In this document: in pieces, positions 38,821 to 49,542 of the stretch
How the letters are laid out: the number at the start of each line of letters is the position of its first letter
Numbering within the stretch: the first letter of the stretch is position 1
Source of the DNA: Ostreococcus lucimarinus
Taxonomy: Eukaryota
Strand: one strand, 5' to 3'
DNA: 64,000 nucleotides
Assembly: GCA_000092065.1 (NCBI GenBank)
Contig: CP000593.1
Made by a program: the position numbers and the translations under genes
The notes under the pieces: model-generated
Database searches by the model: none
What the model was told of the DNA's origin: nothing
What the model saw: the letters and a program-made list of their open reading frames with translations, nothing else

Positions 38821-41124
38821 TCAACAGCATCGCTTGCGGTCGAGCGCAGCCTGGGCCTGAGCTTTCTTCTTCGCATCAGCGTCTTGTCTCGCGCGCTCGC
38901 GGGCGAGCAACTCGTCGAGCGACGTCGTCGGGTCGTGCGCGGGACGCTGGGCGCGGTCGTCGCCCGCGCCGTTTTGTTGCGTCCACATCGCGTGGTACTT
39001 GGCCCCGCGTCGGAGGAGTTGATCGTGCGAACCGTATTCGACAACCTTGCCATCCTCTAAAACGGCGATGTTGTCGCAATTTCGCGCCGTGGAAAGCCTG
39101 TGCGCGACGACGATGGTGGTTTTGCCCTTCATCAACACTTCGAGCATTTTAAGAATATCTTTCTCGGTGTTCGTGTCCAGAGCGCTCGTGGCTTCGTCCA
39201 TCAAAACCAAAGGCGAACCCTTGAGCAACGCGCGCGCGATGGCGACGCGTTGCTTTTCCCCGCCGCTAAGTTTTAATCCGCGCTCACCGACGATGGTGTC
39301 GTACGCCTTGGGCATGCGGAGAATGGGACCGTCGATGGCGGCGAGACGCGCCGCTTCGCGAACCTCGGCATCCGACGCGCTCATTTTACCGTAATGAATA
39401 TTGTAATGGATCGTGTCGTTGAACAACACCGTATCTTGGGGAACCACAGCCACGGATTCGCGCAAAGAGCGCAAAGAGACGCTTTGCGCGTTTTGACCGC
39501 CGAGAAAGATGCCCGAAGTTTCGCCGTCGCCATTCTTTTGGGCGTCGTACAGCCTAAACAACAGGCGCAAGAGCGTGCTCTTTCCGCTCCCACTCGCGCC
39601 GACCAACGCGAGAGAACCACCCGCGGGAACAGTCACGGAGAGTCCATCTATAATTTTTCTCCCGTTGTCGTATCCAAAACTCACGTTTCTAAACTCCACC
39701 GAAAGCCCCTCGTCCGGGACGACGAGCGCGGGCGCGTTTTCCAGCTCTCGCACCGCGCTCTTCTCTTCCAACAAATGAAACATCGACGTCATGTCGATCA
39801 AAGACTGTCGCGCTTCGCGATACACCGACCCCAAAAAGTTCAGCGGCACCGATAGTTGGAATAGCAACCCTTGCACCATGACCAAATCCCCTACGGTGAG
39901 GTTTCCCTGCGCGACGCCTTGCGCGGCGAGGAGCATCGCCGCGGAGAGGGACGCCGAAAAAATGGCGTTTTGTCCAAAGTTCAACATCCCTAGCGAGCTG
40001 GCGATTTTCAAATTCGCCTGTTCGACGCCCTTTAAGCTCTCGTCGTAGCGTTTCACCTCGTGTTCCTCGTTGTTGAAGTACTTGACTGTCTCAAAGTTTA
40101 ACAAGGAATCGATCGCCCTCGTGTTGCCTTCGTTTTCCAGCGCGTTCATCTGACGCCTAAACTTTGTTCTCCACTGCGTGCACGCGATCGTGAACGCGGT
40201 GTACGTCGCGATCGTACCTCCGGTTAACATCGCAAACTCTGGTCCGCACTTTACGGATAAAATACCGCTCACGAGGGCGATTTCAAACGCCGTCGGGAAC
40301 ACGTTGAACACCATGCTATTCAACAGGAAACTAATGCCTCGCGTCCCGCGATCGATCGTGCGATTCAACGCCCCCGTCTGCCGATCGAGATGATACTTCA
40401 AATCAAGTTCGTGCAAATGCGCGAACACCCTCCGCGCGATCGCTCGTATCGCCCCCTGACTCACCTTGGCGAACGTCGCGTTTCTCAGTTCGTTCGCCAG
40501 GCTCGCCGACGCTCGCAGCGCCCCGTACCCGACCAACATCACCGCCGGCGTCGCCGCGATCGCCGTCATCGGCAGGTGCGTCATCGCCTCCACCCCACTC
40601 GTCGCCATCCCGGCCTGCGCGCTCAGCCCATCGATCGCGTACTTGAACGCGAACGGCACGCTCACGTTCGCCGCCTTGCTCGCCGCGAGCAGCGCCATCG
40701 CGCCCGCCACCCGTCGCTTCCCCGCCGGGTTCTCGTCGCTCCACAGGTACCCACCCATCGTTCGCAGTATTCCGAAATCGATGTCATCCGCGCTCGTCGC
40801 CGCCGTCGTCGTCGTCGCCGCCGTCGTCGGCGTCGCCGCCGTCGTCTCGCGCTTCGTCGTCGCCGCCGCGCGTCCGTCCTCCGTCCTCGCGTCGTCTCCC
40901 GCGCGCGCGCTCGTCGACGCGCGCGCGCTCGACCGCGCGCGCGCGCCCGCATCGCTCGCGAACGCCCGCGCGCGCGCGACGCGCGTCTCCCGCGCGCGCG
41001 CGCGCTCGACCGCGCGCGCCGTCGTCGCGACCGGCGCGCGTCCCCATCCCTCGCGCGCGCCGGCGCCTCGCGCGATCGCGCGCGCGACCGCGCGCGCGCG
41101 CGACCGCGCGACCGACGTCGCCAT
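38821..41124 (-). CDS. ATM1: mitochondrial ABC half-transporter ATM1/ABCB7-type
   Basis: ATM1-specific TMD stretch [36 protein letters not shown] with Walker [10 protein letters not shown], signature [13 protein letters not shown], Walker [12 protein letters not shown]. Upstream in-frame 343 codons of the track ORF are Arg/Ser/Pro-rich and overlap the + strand GATA gene, so the gene is trimmed to the ATG at 41124 ([13 protein letters not shown]... presequence). Confidence 0.85.
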   Translation of the reverse strand: MATSVARSRARAVARAIARGAGAREGWGRAPVATTARAVERARARETRVARARAFASDAGARARSSARASTSARAGDDARTEDGRAAATTKRETTAATPTTAATTTTAATSADDIDFGILRTMGGYLWSDENPAGKRRVAGAMALLAASKAANVSVPFAFKYAIDGLSAQAGMATSGVEAMTHLPMTAIAATPAVMLVGYGALRASASLANELRNATFAKVSQGAIRAIARRVFAHLHELDLKYHLDRQTGALNRTIDRGTRGISFLLNSMVFNVFPTAFEIALVSGILSVKCGPEFAMLTGGTIATYTAFTIACTQWRTKFRRQMNALENEGNTRAIDSLLNFETVKYFNNEEHEVKRYDESLKGVEQANLKIASSLGMLNFGQNAIFSASLSAAMLLAAQGVAQGNLTVGDLVMVQGLLFQLSVPLNFLGSVYREARQSLIDMTSMFHLLEEKSAVRELENAPALVVPDEGLSVEFRNVSFGYDNGRKIIDGLSVTVPAGGSLALVGASGSGKSTLLRLLFRLYDAQKNGDGETSGIFLGGQNAQSVSLRSLRESVAVVPQDTVLFNDTIHYNIHYGKMSASDAEVREAARLAAIDGPILRMPKAYDTIVGERGLKLSGGEKQRVAIARALLKGSPLVLMDEATSALDTNTEKDILKMLEVLMKGKTTIVVAHRLSTARNCDNIAVLEDGKVVEYGSHDQLLRRGAKYHAMWTQQNGAGDDRAQRPAHDPTTSLDELLARERARQDADAKKKAQAQAALDRKRCC

Positions 41125-41201
41125 GCCGCGCGCGTCGGCGCGGGCGAGCGCGCGACGACGCGCGCGCGTCACAATCGCGCGCGGATTCGAAATCGAATCC
41201 A

Positions 41202-42086
41202 ATGTCGGAGCGACGCGCGGCGAAGCGCGCGCGCGACGACGCGTCGACGGCCGACGACGACGACGACGGCGCGTGTGGACTGTGCGCGCGCGCGCTCGCG
41301 ACGGCGCGCGGCGACGGCGCCGACGACGGCGCGCGCGCGACGCTGCCGGGAACGCCGGTGCGCGCGAAAGCGCGACGGCGGTTTCGGTCGACGACGACGC
41401 CGGAGGCGGGACGAATCTGCGGCGCGTGCTACCAGCGAGAGTACCGCGCGAGGTGCCGCGCGCGGGCGAGCGCGGCGCGGACGTGCGCGCGGTGCGGGGA
41501 GGGAAACGCGTCGGGACGGTGGGCGAGGAGTCACGCGCCGCCGACGAAGGGAGAGACGGTGTGCCCGAAATGCTACGAGAGCGAACGCCGGGCGCGAACG
41601 GTGGCGACGGGAGGGCGAGGGGACGGTGAGCGGTGCGCGCGGTGCGAGAAGATCGGGCCGGGGAGCGAGAAGACGTACTGGTACAGGGCGGAGTTCGGCG
41701 AGCGGCGGGGAAAGCGCGTGTGCCAGGCGTGCCACAAGTTGGATTATCGCGAGAGGCTGAACGCGGATCCGAGCGTGTTTTGCCGTGGGTGCGAGAAGAC
41801 GGCGCTGGTGACGAATTATTGGCGGAGAATCGTCGGCGAGAACGGCGCGACGGCGGGGCACTGGTGCGACGCGTGTTACAAGAAGGACCGTCTGCGACGC
41901 ATGAACGCGGATCCGAGCGTGACGTGCGCGACGTGCGAGGCGACGACGAGCGGTGGACCGGAGTGGCGGCGCAAGGGTGACGGGTACGTCTGTCGCACGT
42001 GCGTGAGCAAGGAGCGCACGCGCGCGAACCGCCGCGCTCGCGGAGAAGCGAACCGAGACGGAAATCGAGAAGGAGACGCCGCGTAG
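41202..42086 (+). CDS. multi-finger GATA-type zinc finger protein
   Basis: Four tandem C-x2-C...W-R/Y-R...C-x2-C modules. The last is canonical ([26 protein letters not shown], 18-residue loop). Two have extended 24-25 residue loops ([33 protein letters not shown]; [32 protein letters not shown]). ATG at 41202. Confidence 0.6.
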   Translation: MSERRAAKRARDDASTADDDDDGACGLCARALATARGDGADDGARATLPGTPVRAKARRRFRSTTTPEAGRICGACYQREYRARCRARASAARTCARCGEGNASGRWARSHAPPTKGETVCPKCYESERRARTVATGGRGDGERCARCEKIGPGSEKTYWYRAEFGERRGKRVCQACHKLDYRERLNADPSVFCRGCEKTALVTNYWRRIVGENGATAGHWCDACYKKDRLRRMNADPSVTCATCEATTSGGPEWRRKGDGYVCRTCVSKERTRANRRARGEANRDGNREGDAA

Positions 42087-42117
42087 AGACGACGCGCACG
42101 AATGGACGAATGGAAAG

Positions 42118-44868
42118 ATGCACGAGCGATACGAATCGCGCGTCGTAGAACACACCGCCGCTCTTCGCGAGCAGAAAGCCCTCGCGAAGTTCCTAGCGCT
42201 TTTTAGTCACGTAGCCGTCAACTTTCGAGCGACGACGACTCAACCTCACAGCGCGACGCCGGTCGCGTCATGCCACCGCGCGCGCGCGCGATCCCTCACC
42301 CTAAAACCGAATCCGATCCGTTTGATCTCGCCGACGTCGCGAGCGCGCTCCAGGTGCGCGCGCGAGCGCTCGTTTTCTCAAGCTCAACTGTCCGCGCAAC
42401 GACCCGACTCGACGACTGACGACGAAACGACGGCGACTCGCGCGCAGGATGACGCGCGCGCGCACGTCGGTGAGTTCGTGGTGAACGAGTTCAAGCGGCA
42501 CGAAGCGTACGTGCGCGTGGAAGGGCTGCCGCTGGACGTCAAGTGCGAGGGCTGGGAGCGTCAGGGCAGAAGCGTGCACGGCGACCGCGTGCGAGTGGTA
42601 ATCGACGCGTGCGATCGCTGGGAGCGCGTCGTGGGGACTAAAGGCGAGATTTCAGACGAAGAGAGAGCGTTCGTAAGCGTAGAGGCGCTCGCATCGGTGT
42701 GTCGACGAGGGTGGCGACCGACGGGACGCGTCGTCCCGGATGCGCCGGTGACGCCGGCGACGCGGCGCTCGAGGATGGTCGGGAGGGTAGAAGTCCAAGA
42801 CGGCGGCGCGTCGCTCACATTCGTGCCCTTGGATCCAAAGTTGCCGAAGGGCCGCGTTTCTGAGTTTAGCGTGCCGAAGTCGTTACAGAAGACGCTGGCG
42901 TCGGGGGCGGAGGATGTCGAGGACGTCTTCGTGGCGGTGCGACTTAGAAAGTGGAGCAAAGGGATGTCGATGCCGATGATGGACATCATCGAGGTCGTGG
43001 GAAAAGGAAGTATGGGTGATGATTTAGATTTCATGACGAAAGTCATCGTCGCCGAGCACGGCATAGAGAGCGGAGATTTTAGCGCGGATGCGACGGCGTG
43101 TTTACCAAAGGTCAAAGTCGGCGATCACTGGAAAATTCCACCCGAGGAGATGAAACGGCGGGTGAATTTTAGGGAAAAGCTCGTTTTTAGCATAGACCCA
43201 CCGACGGCGCGAGATTTGGACGATGCGCTGAGCGTCCAAGTTTTGCCCGATGGTTGTCTAAACGTCGGCGTGCACATCGCCGACGTGTCACACTTCGTCA
43301 AGCCTGACACGCCGCTCGACGCCGAGGCGAGAGAACGAGGCACCACGACGTATCTCGTGCACACCATTTTTCCAATGTTGCCTAGACTTTTGTGCGAAAA
43401 TCTGTGCTCACTCAATCCTGGCGTTGAAAGATTAACGTTTTCGGTGGAATGGAAGATGACGCGTGGTGGCGTTGTGAAGAATGTCTCGTTCAAGCGTGGC
43501 GTGATAAAGAGCGCTGCGAAGCTGTCATACATTCACGTTCAAAATGTGATCGATGCTGGGTCGGACGTGAACAAAGCGAAAGAGGCACTAGATGATGTGA
43601 AGTTTTCAGGCGCGTACACCGCTGAAGACGTCATCGAGAGCATTTCAATCTTGAACGCAGCTGCGAAAGCGATGCGCAAGAAGAGATTTGAAGCCGGCGC
43701 TGTTCGATTGGATCAACCAAAGGTTGGTTTTGAGCTTAACGATGACTACGAGCCCGTGGGAGCTGCACCTTACGTCATTCGCGACAGCAATCGTCTTGTC
43801 GAGGAGTACATGCTACTCGCCAATATGTACGTCGCCGAGTTCATAGCCGAGATTTTCCCATCGCACGCCATGCTTCGATGCCATCCGCCGCCGAACGAAC
43901 GGAAGCTCATGGAGCTATCCACGTTCGCCAGCGAGCACGATATCGATATCGACATATCATCTTCGAAACGTCTTCACGACAGTTTGCGAGCAATAGCGCG
44001 CGACTCGCAAGATTTGTTTGACATCGTGCAGCTGCTCGCTACAAAGCCCATGCAACTGGCGAAATACTTTTGTACGGGGAGCGTGGACGAAGAGCAATGG
44101 CGGCATTACGCTCTCGCCGTTCCTTATTACACGCACTTTACGTCGCCTATTCGTCGATATCCGGATATCATTGTGCATCGTCTACTCGCAGCGGCGCTCG
44201 AGCACGCTGAGAGACAAGGGAAATCCAGTGAGCGAGACGTCGTAGAGAAACACAGTCTCATGACGCCGGAAATCTGTAGCGACGTCGCTGATCACTGCAA
44301 CGAGCGGAAACTCGCGGCGAAGTACGCCCAAGAGCGGAGTCAGCACTTGTTTCTCTGCAAATATCTGCAGAAAAATCCGGTCATCGCGCGTGCGATTGTA
44401 AGGCAACTCGGGCAGCAATACGTCGTCGCCTATCTCCCGGCGTTTGGATTCGAAATCAAAATTTACCTCGAAAAGCAGCGTCACGTGAAAGTCACACAAA
44501 AGGGATTTTCAAAGGGTCAATCATTGACGAAAGAATTAGACGTGACGTTAGACGTCCGTAAAGAGTGCGAAGAGGCCGCGAAAATCGCCGCTGCGGGTGC
44601 CGCCGCACTCGAGATTTTAGATCGATCGACGTACAAGAGCACGCTCAAGCACGCCAGAGGTTTGCGCGGGCGATGCCTCAATACTACGGAAGAGCAAGAG
44701 ACGTTCATAGATGATGCGGTCATGGACGACGCGCTGGTTTTACCTACTTCGATCAAGGCGCTGGATAAGATGCCTGTGATTTTATGCGTGCACAAAGAGT
44801 CGACAATTAAGTTTGAGATTTACGGCCACGTCCTCTTCTCAAATCCATTTTACACAGCTTTCGCTTAG
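42118..44868 (+). CDS. RNase II/R-family 3'-5' exoribonuclease, DIS3L2/SOV-like (cold-shock domains + RNB, no PIN domain)
   Basis: RNB core [83 protein letters not shown] at 42118 lies only 32 bp after the GATA gene stop, so the true 5' end may differ. Confidence 0.75.
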   Translation: MHERYESRVVEHTAALREQKALAKFLALFSHVAVNFRATTTQPHSATPVASCHRARARSLTLKPNPIRLISPTSRARSRCARERSFSQAQLSAQRPDSTTDDETTATRAQDDARAHVGEFVVNEFKRHEAYVRVEGLPLDVKCEGWERQGRSVHGDRVRVVIDACDRWERVVGTKGEISDEERAFVSVEALASVCRRGWRPTGRVVPDAPVTPATRRSRMVGRVEVQDGGASLTFVPLDPKLPKGRVSEFSVPKSLQKTLASGAEDVEDVFVAVRLRKWSKGMSMPMMDIIEVVGKGSMGDDLDFMTKVIVAEHGIESGDFSADATACLPKVKVGDHWKIPPEEMKRRVNFREKLVFSIDPPTARDLDDALSVQVLPDGCLNVGVHIADVSHFVKPDTPLDAEARERGTTTYLVHTIFPMLPRLLCENLCSLNPGVERLTFSVEWKMTRGGVVKNVSFKRGVIKSAAKLSYIHVQNVIDAGSDVNKAKEALDDVKFSGAYTAEDVIESISILNAAAKAMRKKRFEAGAVRLDQPKVGFELNDDYEPVGAAPYVIRDSNRLVEEYMLLANMYVAEFIAEIFPSHAMLRCHPPPNERKLMELSTFASEHDIDIDISSSKRLHDSLRAIARDSQDLFDIVQLLATKPMQLAKYFCTGSVDEEQWRHYALAVPYYTHFTSPIRRYPDIIVHRLLAAALEHAERQGKSSERDVVEKHSLMTPEICSDVADHCNERKLAAKYAQERSQHLFLCKYLQKNPVIARAIVRQLGQQYVVAYLPAFGFEIKIYLEKQRHVKVTQKGFSKGQSLTKELDVTLDVRKECEEAAKIAAAGAAALEILDRSTYKSTLKHARGLRGRCLNTTEEQETFIDDAVMDDALVLPTSIKALDKMPVILCVHKESTIKFEIYGHVLFSNPFYTAFA

Positions 44869-44923
44869 CCTCGAGTTGCAATTCATGATTAGTTTGTTTC
44901 GTTGCCTCGAGTTGCAATTCATG
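44868..44923. repeat. direct tandem repeat of GCCTCGAGTTGCAATTCATG(+TTTCGTTG) in the 3' flank
   Basis: Two copies (44868-44887, 44904-44923) immediately after the exoribonuclease stop codon. Confidence 0.6.
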
Positions 44924-45273
44924 TTTCGTTGCATGTGATGCTGATGTTATTACATAATAGCTCGCGAGTAAAAGACATGGAATCGCGAGAAGACATGTAT
45001 TTGAACACAGATACCTCTCCACTCGAGGCACCGTCGCTCTAAACCTCCCAGTCGTGACCACGTGACGGCGAAGCGGTAACGCGTAGTTAAACGCAGTATG
45101 CACGCTTTCAAGGCGCCATGTCGTGACAATGGTGCACGAGTACAGAGAGCAAAAGTGCGCAGGACAACACAGCGATTGCTTGTACTCGTGACTGGGTAGC
45201 GGCGGCTCCAAAAGGAATCCATCAAAATCTTCGTCTTATTGAACTTTGCCGTTGCGGCAAAGCTTTTCCAAAC

Positions 45274-46533
45274 TCACATCTCCTCGTCCGTGGCTTCTTC
45301 AGAGTTCGACCCGGCGTCCGAGTTATCGGACAAGGGGAACTCCATGACACAAGATGGAGTCTGAGGGCGCATAGTGGCCTCCTTGGCGTCTGTAAACGAG
45401 AAGGCGTGCGCGGTCGACATAGACGCACCGCACAAGTTCGGAACGCTGATGGTGGATCGCAGACGATCGTTGCGTTCATACGTGTAATACGCAACGACAC
45501 CTTCCACGTCAAACTCTTGGCGAGTAGCTTGCGCGCGAGAGTATCCCGGCACAAATGCACCGTTGGCGAGCACTTCAGTGGCGACCTCAGCGGCGTTCAA
45601 ACCGTCGATGGAGATGGCGAACACCATCTTCCCGGGCTTGAACACGGAGGCGACCTTACGAACGTACGCGAAGGCATCGAGGTCTTGCACTTCCACGTTG
45701 GACAGCTCGCACGAGGCGTACGAGAATCCATCTTCGGGAGTGATGTGAATAGTGCTGAACTGGCCATCTAAAGAGCCTTTCTCGTGCAAGCCATTCATCG
45801 AATACCCGCACGGTTCGAAGACGTAGTCGTCGATGTCAAATTCCTCAAAAATCGATCGAATACCGCTGTCTGTGGTGGTTTGGGCCGAGCTCACAAAGGT
45901 TTCTTCTTTGCGATAGAAGTGTTCTTCGCAATGCGCGCGATTGAGATGCGTCATGCACACTTCGAGAGAAGCCTTCGGTCTGGCGTCTTGCAACGGGCAC
46001 GCGTCGCCAGAGACATACACGTGCCATTGCACACCCTTGAGTTTACTCCCCAAGATGTAAGACGACCCACCAGCCGCCGACAAGTTACCGAAGTGTTTCT
46101 CCAAAAACGCAGTCTCGTCATCGAACGAGGCGTGCAATTCGGGTTGCAAGTCAGGCTTGTCAAACGACGAGCGCGTAAACTTGACGCGTCGCGGTTCCAT
46201 GCCAACCTCGGCGGCGTACTTCAAGATGTTCGGCACACCCGCGAGAAGATGCGTGGTGCCACACGTCTTCAACACCAACTTGGTGGGAAAGACGAAGAGC
46301 GATGACTCCGACAAGACGTAGGCGTCAAATTTGTCATTCGAGCGAACGCTGACGATTTCACACCGCGCCGCCGTCATGCACTCATCGAGCTGCGCCCGCG
46401 CAATCTCCCTCAAGCCGCGCGGGTTCCTCTCGTTGAAGTGAAAGTCAATTTCAATGCGCTTCTCCGCGCCCTCAAAGTGCGGCGACGGGTAAATCCCGTC
46501 CACCGTCGTCACGGAAGCCGTCGCAGCAACCAT
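45274..46533 (-). CDS. SAMDC: S-adenosylmethionine decarboxylase proenzyme
   Basis: Landmarks FEGAEKRIEIDF, VLSESSLFVFPTKLVLKTCGTT, processing-site region, FSTIHITPEDGFSYASCE. ATG at 46533. Confidence 0.9.
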   Translation of the reverse strand: MVAATASVTTVDGIYPSPHFEGAEKRIEIDFHFNERNPRGLREIARAQLDECMTAARCEIVSVRSNDKFDAYVLSESSLFVFPTKLVLKTCGTTHLLAGVPNILKYAAEVGMEPRRVKFTRSSFDKPDLQPELHASFDDETAFLEKHFGNLSAAGGSSYILGSKLKGVQWHVYVSGDACPLQDARPKASLEVCMTHLNRAHCEEHFYRKEETFVSSAQTTTDSGIRSIFEEFDIDDYVFEPCGYSMNGLHEKGSLDGQFSTIHITPEDGFSYASCELSNVEVQDLDAFAYVRKVASVFKPGKMVFAISIDGLNAAEVATEVLANGAFVPGYSRAQATRQEFDVEGVVAYYTYERNDRLRSTISVPNLCGASMSTAHAFSFTDAKEATMRPQTPSCVMEFPLSDNSDAGSNSEEATDEEM

Positions 46534-46647
46534 GATACTATACCTCGTCGATACGAAATCTACGTATCCACGTTTCCCAACGTCAAATCAATTCTTCTAG
46601 TTGCGTTTTCCTCACGAGCACGCTACTCTTTAATCGATTTCACCGTG

Positions 46648-46803
46648 TCAGGAAGGTGATCTCGTCAAGTCCTGATACGCGCTGCTCGCGTACTTTTCGC
46701 ACCCCCACGGTCGCAAATCGGCGATGAAGCTCGATTCCGTTACCTTGTTCTGTTCCTCTTCGTCCCGTATATTATCGCTACTACCGTCCTCGGAGTCCAT
46801 CAT
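46648..46803 (-). promoter_or_regulatory. conserved peptide uORF in SAMDC 5' leader (51 codons, MMDSEDGSSDNIRDEEEQNKVTESSFIADLRPWGCEKYASSAYQDLTRSPS*)
   Basis: Starts with a tandem ATG ATG and stops 114 nt upstream of the SAMDC ATG. Its C-terminal half matches the plant SAMDC small-uORF peptide pattern (S-I-x-D-x-R-P-x-G ... S-A-x-Y ... R/S-P-S-stop). Confidence 0.7.
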
Positions 46804-47472
46804 CTTCGTCGTCGATTCGCGGCCTTCGCCTTTTTTCGTGTTTTCGAGCTTCTCGCCCTTTTATTCCCTCACCCGAGAGAGCGTACGAGTTTGACTCCTT
46901 CGCCGCGCCTAAACTTTACTGTTGACCGTCCCTCGTTCACGCCGATCGACCTCTCGCCGTTCGACGCGCGCGCGTTATCCGTCGCGACGCTCGCGGCCGA
47001 CAATAATCAAACTTTATCACCGAACGCGCGCGTGCTCGCCCGTCCTTCGTCCCGCGCGCTGACCGCAACGCGTTTTACGATCGATTAATCTTTCGATCGG
47101 CGCCGCGATGAAAACGCGTGCGCGAGCTTTTATTCGCCTCGTGCGTCGCGCGCGAGGTGCGTCGCGCTGGAACGAGCGTGCGTTCGGGCGCGAGGATTTT
47201 GTTTCGCGACGTGCGTCGGCCGTGCGGGTGCGCGGGCGCGTGTGCGTCGAGTGGTGGCGCGCGATGCGACGCGGCGGCGACGCGACGTCGACGCGGTTCG
47301 GCGATCGGGTATCCGATTAGGGCTTTCGAGACCACAGGCGAGGCAGAGGCGACGGCGAAGGAGAGATCGAGGGCGCGACGCGCGCGCGATGACGGGTGAA
47401 AAGAGAACGTAAGTGATGTCGTGGTATTAAGAATGAGATCTAAGCGTGGATGAGGCGTGAAAACGAATCGTG

Positions 47473-47497
47473 CGAACGAACGAACGAACGAACGAAG
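47473..47497. repeat. (CGAAC)5 pentanucleotide repeat in EFL 3' UTR
   Basis: cgaacgaacgaacgaacgaacgaag, 55-80 nt downstream of the EFL stop (47552-47554). Confidence 0.8.
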
Positions 47498-47551
47498 GCG
47501 CGCGACGTCGCGCCGAGTGGACGACGAGCCGGCGACGAGCGATTTCGTCGC

Positions 47552-48955
47552 TTAGATGGCCTTGTACTCAACCTTGGTGATCTTACCCAACATGACGGCG
47601 GTGTTACCGTCCAAGAAAGCGATGCGGGAAAGACCTTCGCACTTCTTGAAGGAGTCGACGACGAGCGGGTGGACCGGCTCGAAGACGCACTCGGCGACTT
47701 CGTTGGACTTCAACGACATCGGGGACTCGAGCTTCTTACCGCCGGTTTCCTTGCCAACCTTGAAGTTGAGCGCGGTCAACTTGCACGCGGAGCGGCCGCA
47801 TCGGACGAAACCGATGGGGCTGTAGCCCGCCTTGAGTTCACCCGGAATGTCCAAGGTTTGGATTTGCGCGGTGAACTCCTTGCACGGGGCGAGGGAGGTG
47901 TCCTTCTTGTAGATCATCACGTCACCGGTGCGCGGCATGTTGAGCTTGTCGAGACCCTTGATGTTCATACCGACGTTGTCACCCGGCGCGGCGGCTTCGA
48001 CGCGCTTGTGGTGCATTTCGACGGTGAACACCTTACCACCGCACGGGTTGGAGGAGGTGTGGGTCGGGAGGAAGACGACGTCTTCACCCGGCTTGACGAG
48101 ACCTTGCTCGACGCGACCGGCGAGGACATCACCGACACCCTTGATCTTGTAGACACCGGAAATCGGAAGGCGCATGGCGGCTTCCGTGTTGCGGTCCGGC
48201 TTGTCGACCATGTCGTTGAGGACGTTGAGGAGGCAGTCGATGTGGAACTTCTTGCCGCCGCCCATGTAGTCTTCGACGTCGACGCCGTTCCACCACGGCA
48301 TCTTCGCGGACTTGGACAACAAGTTGTCGCCGTTCCAGCCAGAGATCGGGAGGACCGGGACGCTCTTCTCGACGTAATCCTTCTTCCAGCCGACCTTGAT
48401 CAACATGTTCTTCATTTCGTTGCGAATTTCTTCGTAACGCTCTTGCTTGTAGCCAGCCATGTCGCAATCCATCTTGTTGATGCCGCAAATGAGCTGCTTG
48501 ACGCCGAGCAAGTTGAGAAGACGCGCGTGCTGGCGCGTTTGGCCTTGGACTTCACCAGCCTTGTGGTTACCCTTTTGGATGGCGACCGTGAAGTTACCGT
48601 CCGCCGGCACCATGAGAAGCGCCACATCGGCTTGCGCCGCGCCGGAAATCATGTTCTTGATGAAATCGCGGTGACCCGGGGCGTCGATGATGGTGTAGTG
48701 CCACTTGTCCGTGAAGAATTCCTTGGTCGTGCAAGAAATCGTCACACCACGCTCACGCTCTTCCTTTTGGCGATCCATGTAGAACGCGAACGCGAAAGAA
48801 GACTTACCGAGCGCATCGGCTTCGGCGCGAAGCTTTTCGAGTTCGCGCTCCGGGATACCCCCGAGCTCGAATAACAAGCGACCGGTCGTCGTCGACTTAC
48901 CGGAATCGACGTGACCGCAGATCACGATGGAAAGATGTTCCTTGCCTTCAGACAT
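47552..48955 (-). CDS. EFL: EF-1alpha-like translation elongation GTPase (EFL)
   Basis: MSEGKEHLSIVICGHVDSGKSTTTG... G1-G4 GTPase motifs (GHVDSGKST, DAPGH, NKMD). Shows EFL-type rather than EF-1alpha-type sequence along its length. ATG at 48955. Confidence 0.9.
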   Translation of the reverse strand: MSEGKEHLSIVICGHVDSGKSTTTGRLLFELGGIPERELEKLRAEADALGKSSFAFAFYMDRQKEERERGVTISCTTKEFFTDKWHYTIIDAPGHRDFIKNMISGAAQADVALLMVPADGNFTVAIQKGNHKAGEVQGQTRQHARLLNLLGVKQLICGINKMDCDMAGYKQERYEEIRNEMKNMLIKVGWKKDYVEKSVPVLPISGWNGDNLLSKSAKMPWWNGVDVEDYMGGGKKFHIDCLLNVLNDMVDKPDRNTEAAMRLPISGVYKIKGVGDVLAGRVEQGLVKPGEDVVFLPTHTSSNPCGGKVFTVEMHHKRVEAAAPGDNVGMNIKGLDKLNMPRTGDVMIYKKDTSLAPCKEFTAQIQTLDIPGELKAGYSPIGFVRCGRSACKLTALNFKVGKETGGKKLESPMSLKSNEVAECVFEPVHPLVVDSFKKCEGLSRIAFLDGNTAVMLGKITKVEYKAI

Positions 48956-48960
48956 TTCTA

Positions 48961-48974
48961 TCGTTCGTTCGTTC
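48961..48974. repeat. (CGTTC)n repeat, reverse complement of the 3' UTR repeat, 6-20 nt upstream of the EFL ATG
   Basis: Plus strand cgttcgttcgttcg; on the EFL mRNA strand this reads CGAACGAACGAACG immediately before AUG. Confidence 0.7.
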
Positions 48975-49542
48975 GCGCGCGCGTTTCAACGTCAGTCTCC
49001 GCGTCTCGGTCGTCGTCGCGTCCCGGCGGTGTTATCCACAAACCCGAAAGATGGTCTCCGGGACGGCGCGGTCAAACGACCGTCCCGTTGACGCGTCGCG
49101 CGCGTCTCCGTCCCTCCCGCGCGCGACGGCGCCGCGATGTATTCTTCGCCGTCGTTTGCGCGTCACCGCGTCGTCGTCGCGCGCGCGCGCGCGACGACGA
49201 CGCGCGAATGCGTCGAGGCGGCGCGAACCCGCGCGGCGCGGCGGCGCGCATCGCGCGGGCTCGACGCGCGCGCGCGCGACGCGACCACGGCGGGGGGGCG
49301 CGGATGGGCGGGAGATATTTTAAGCGATCGTTTCGACGCGCGAGGCGTACCGATGGAGTCGTGTGTGTGCGCGAGAGTGACGATAACGTCGACGACCAGA
49401 GGCGGATTACTCGCGCCGTGGCGAAAATGGCTTTACACTGAAATAGCATACAACAGCTGCGCGGAGAGGGCGCGACGGACCGCGGACCAGGGAGGGCGCG
49501 ACGCGAGTCGGAATCGGTCGATCGGGATCACCGCGATCGCCA

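Noticed and set aside
42087-42117. Concern that the exoribonuclease start at 42118 is too close (32 bp) to the upstream GATA gene stop on the same strand.
   Set aside because: No alternative in-frame ATG exists before the cold-shock-like region, so the start was kept. A missed upstream exon or overlapping UTRs remain possible.
41125-42153. In-frame 5' extensions of track ORFs: ATM1 to 42153, SET-MTase 53570..54424, hydrolase 3058..3885, gene 125..1957 above 1150, helicase to 36177, rnpA to 26502.
   Set aside because: The extensions are low complexity, often begin at TTG/GTG, and overlap the divergently transcribed neighbouring gene. Genes were trimmed to the first plausible ATG.
46534-47551. 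Possible additional gene in the roughly 1-kb gap between SAMDC and EFL.
   Set aside because: It contains only junk ORFs (46891..47088, 47108..47399). The span is better explained as the long regulated SAMDC 5' leader (containing the uORF) plus the EFL 3' UTR.
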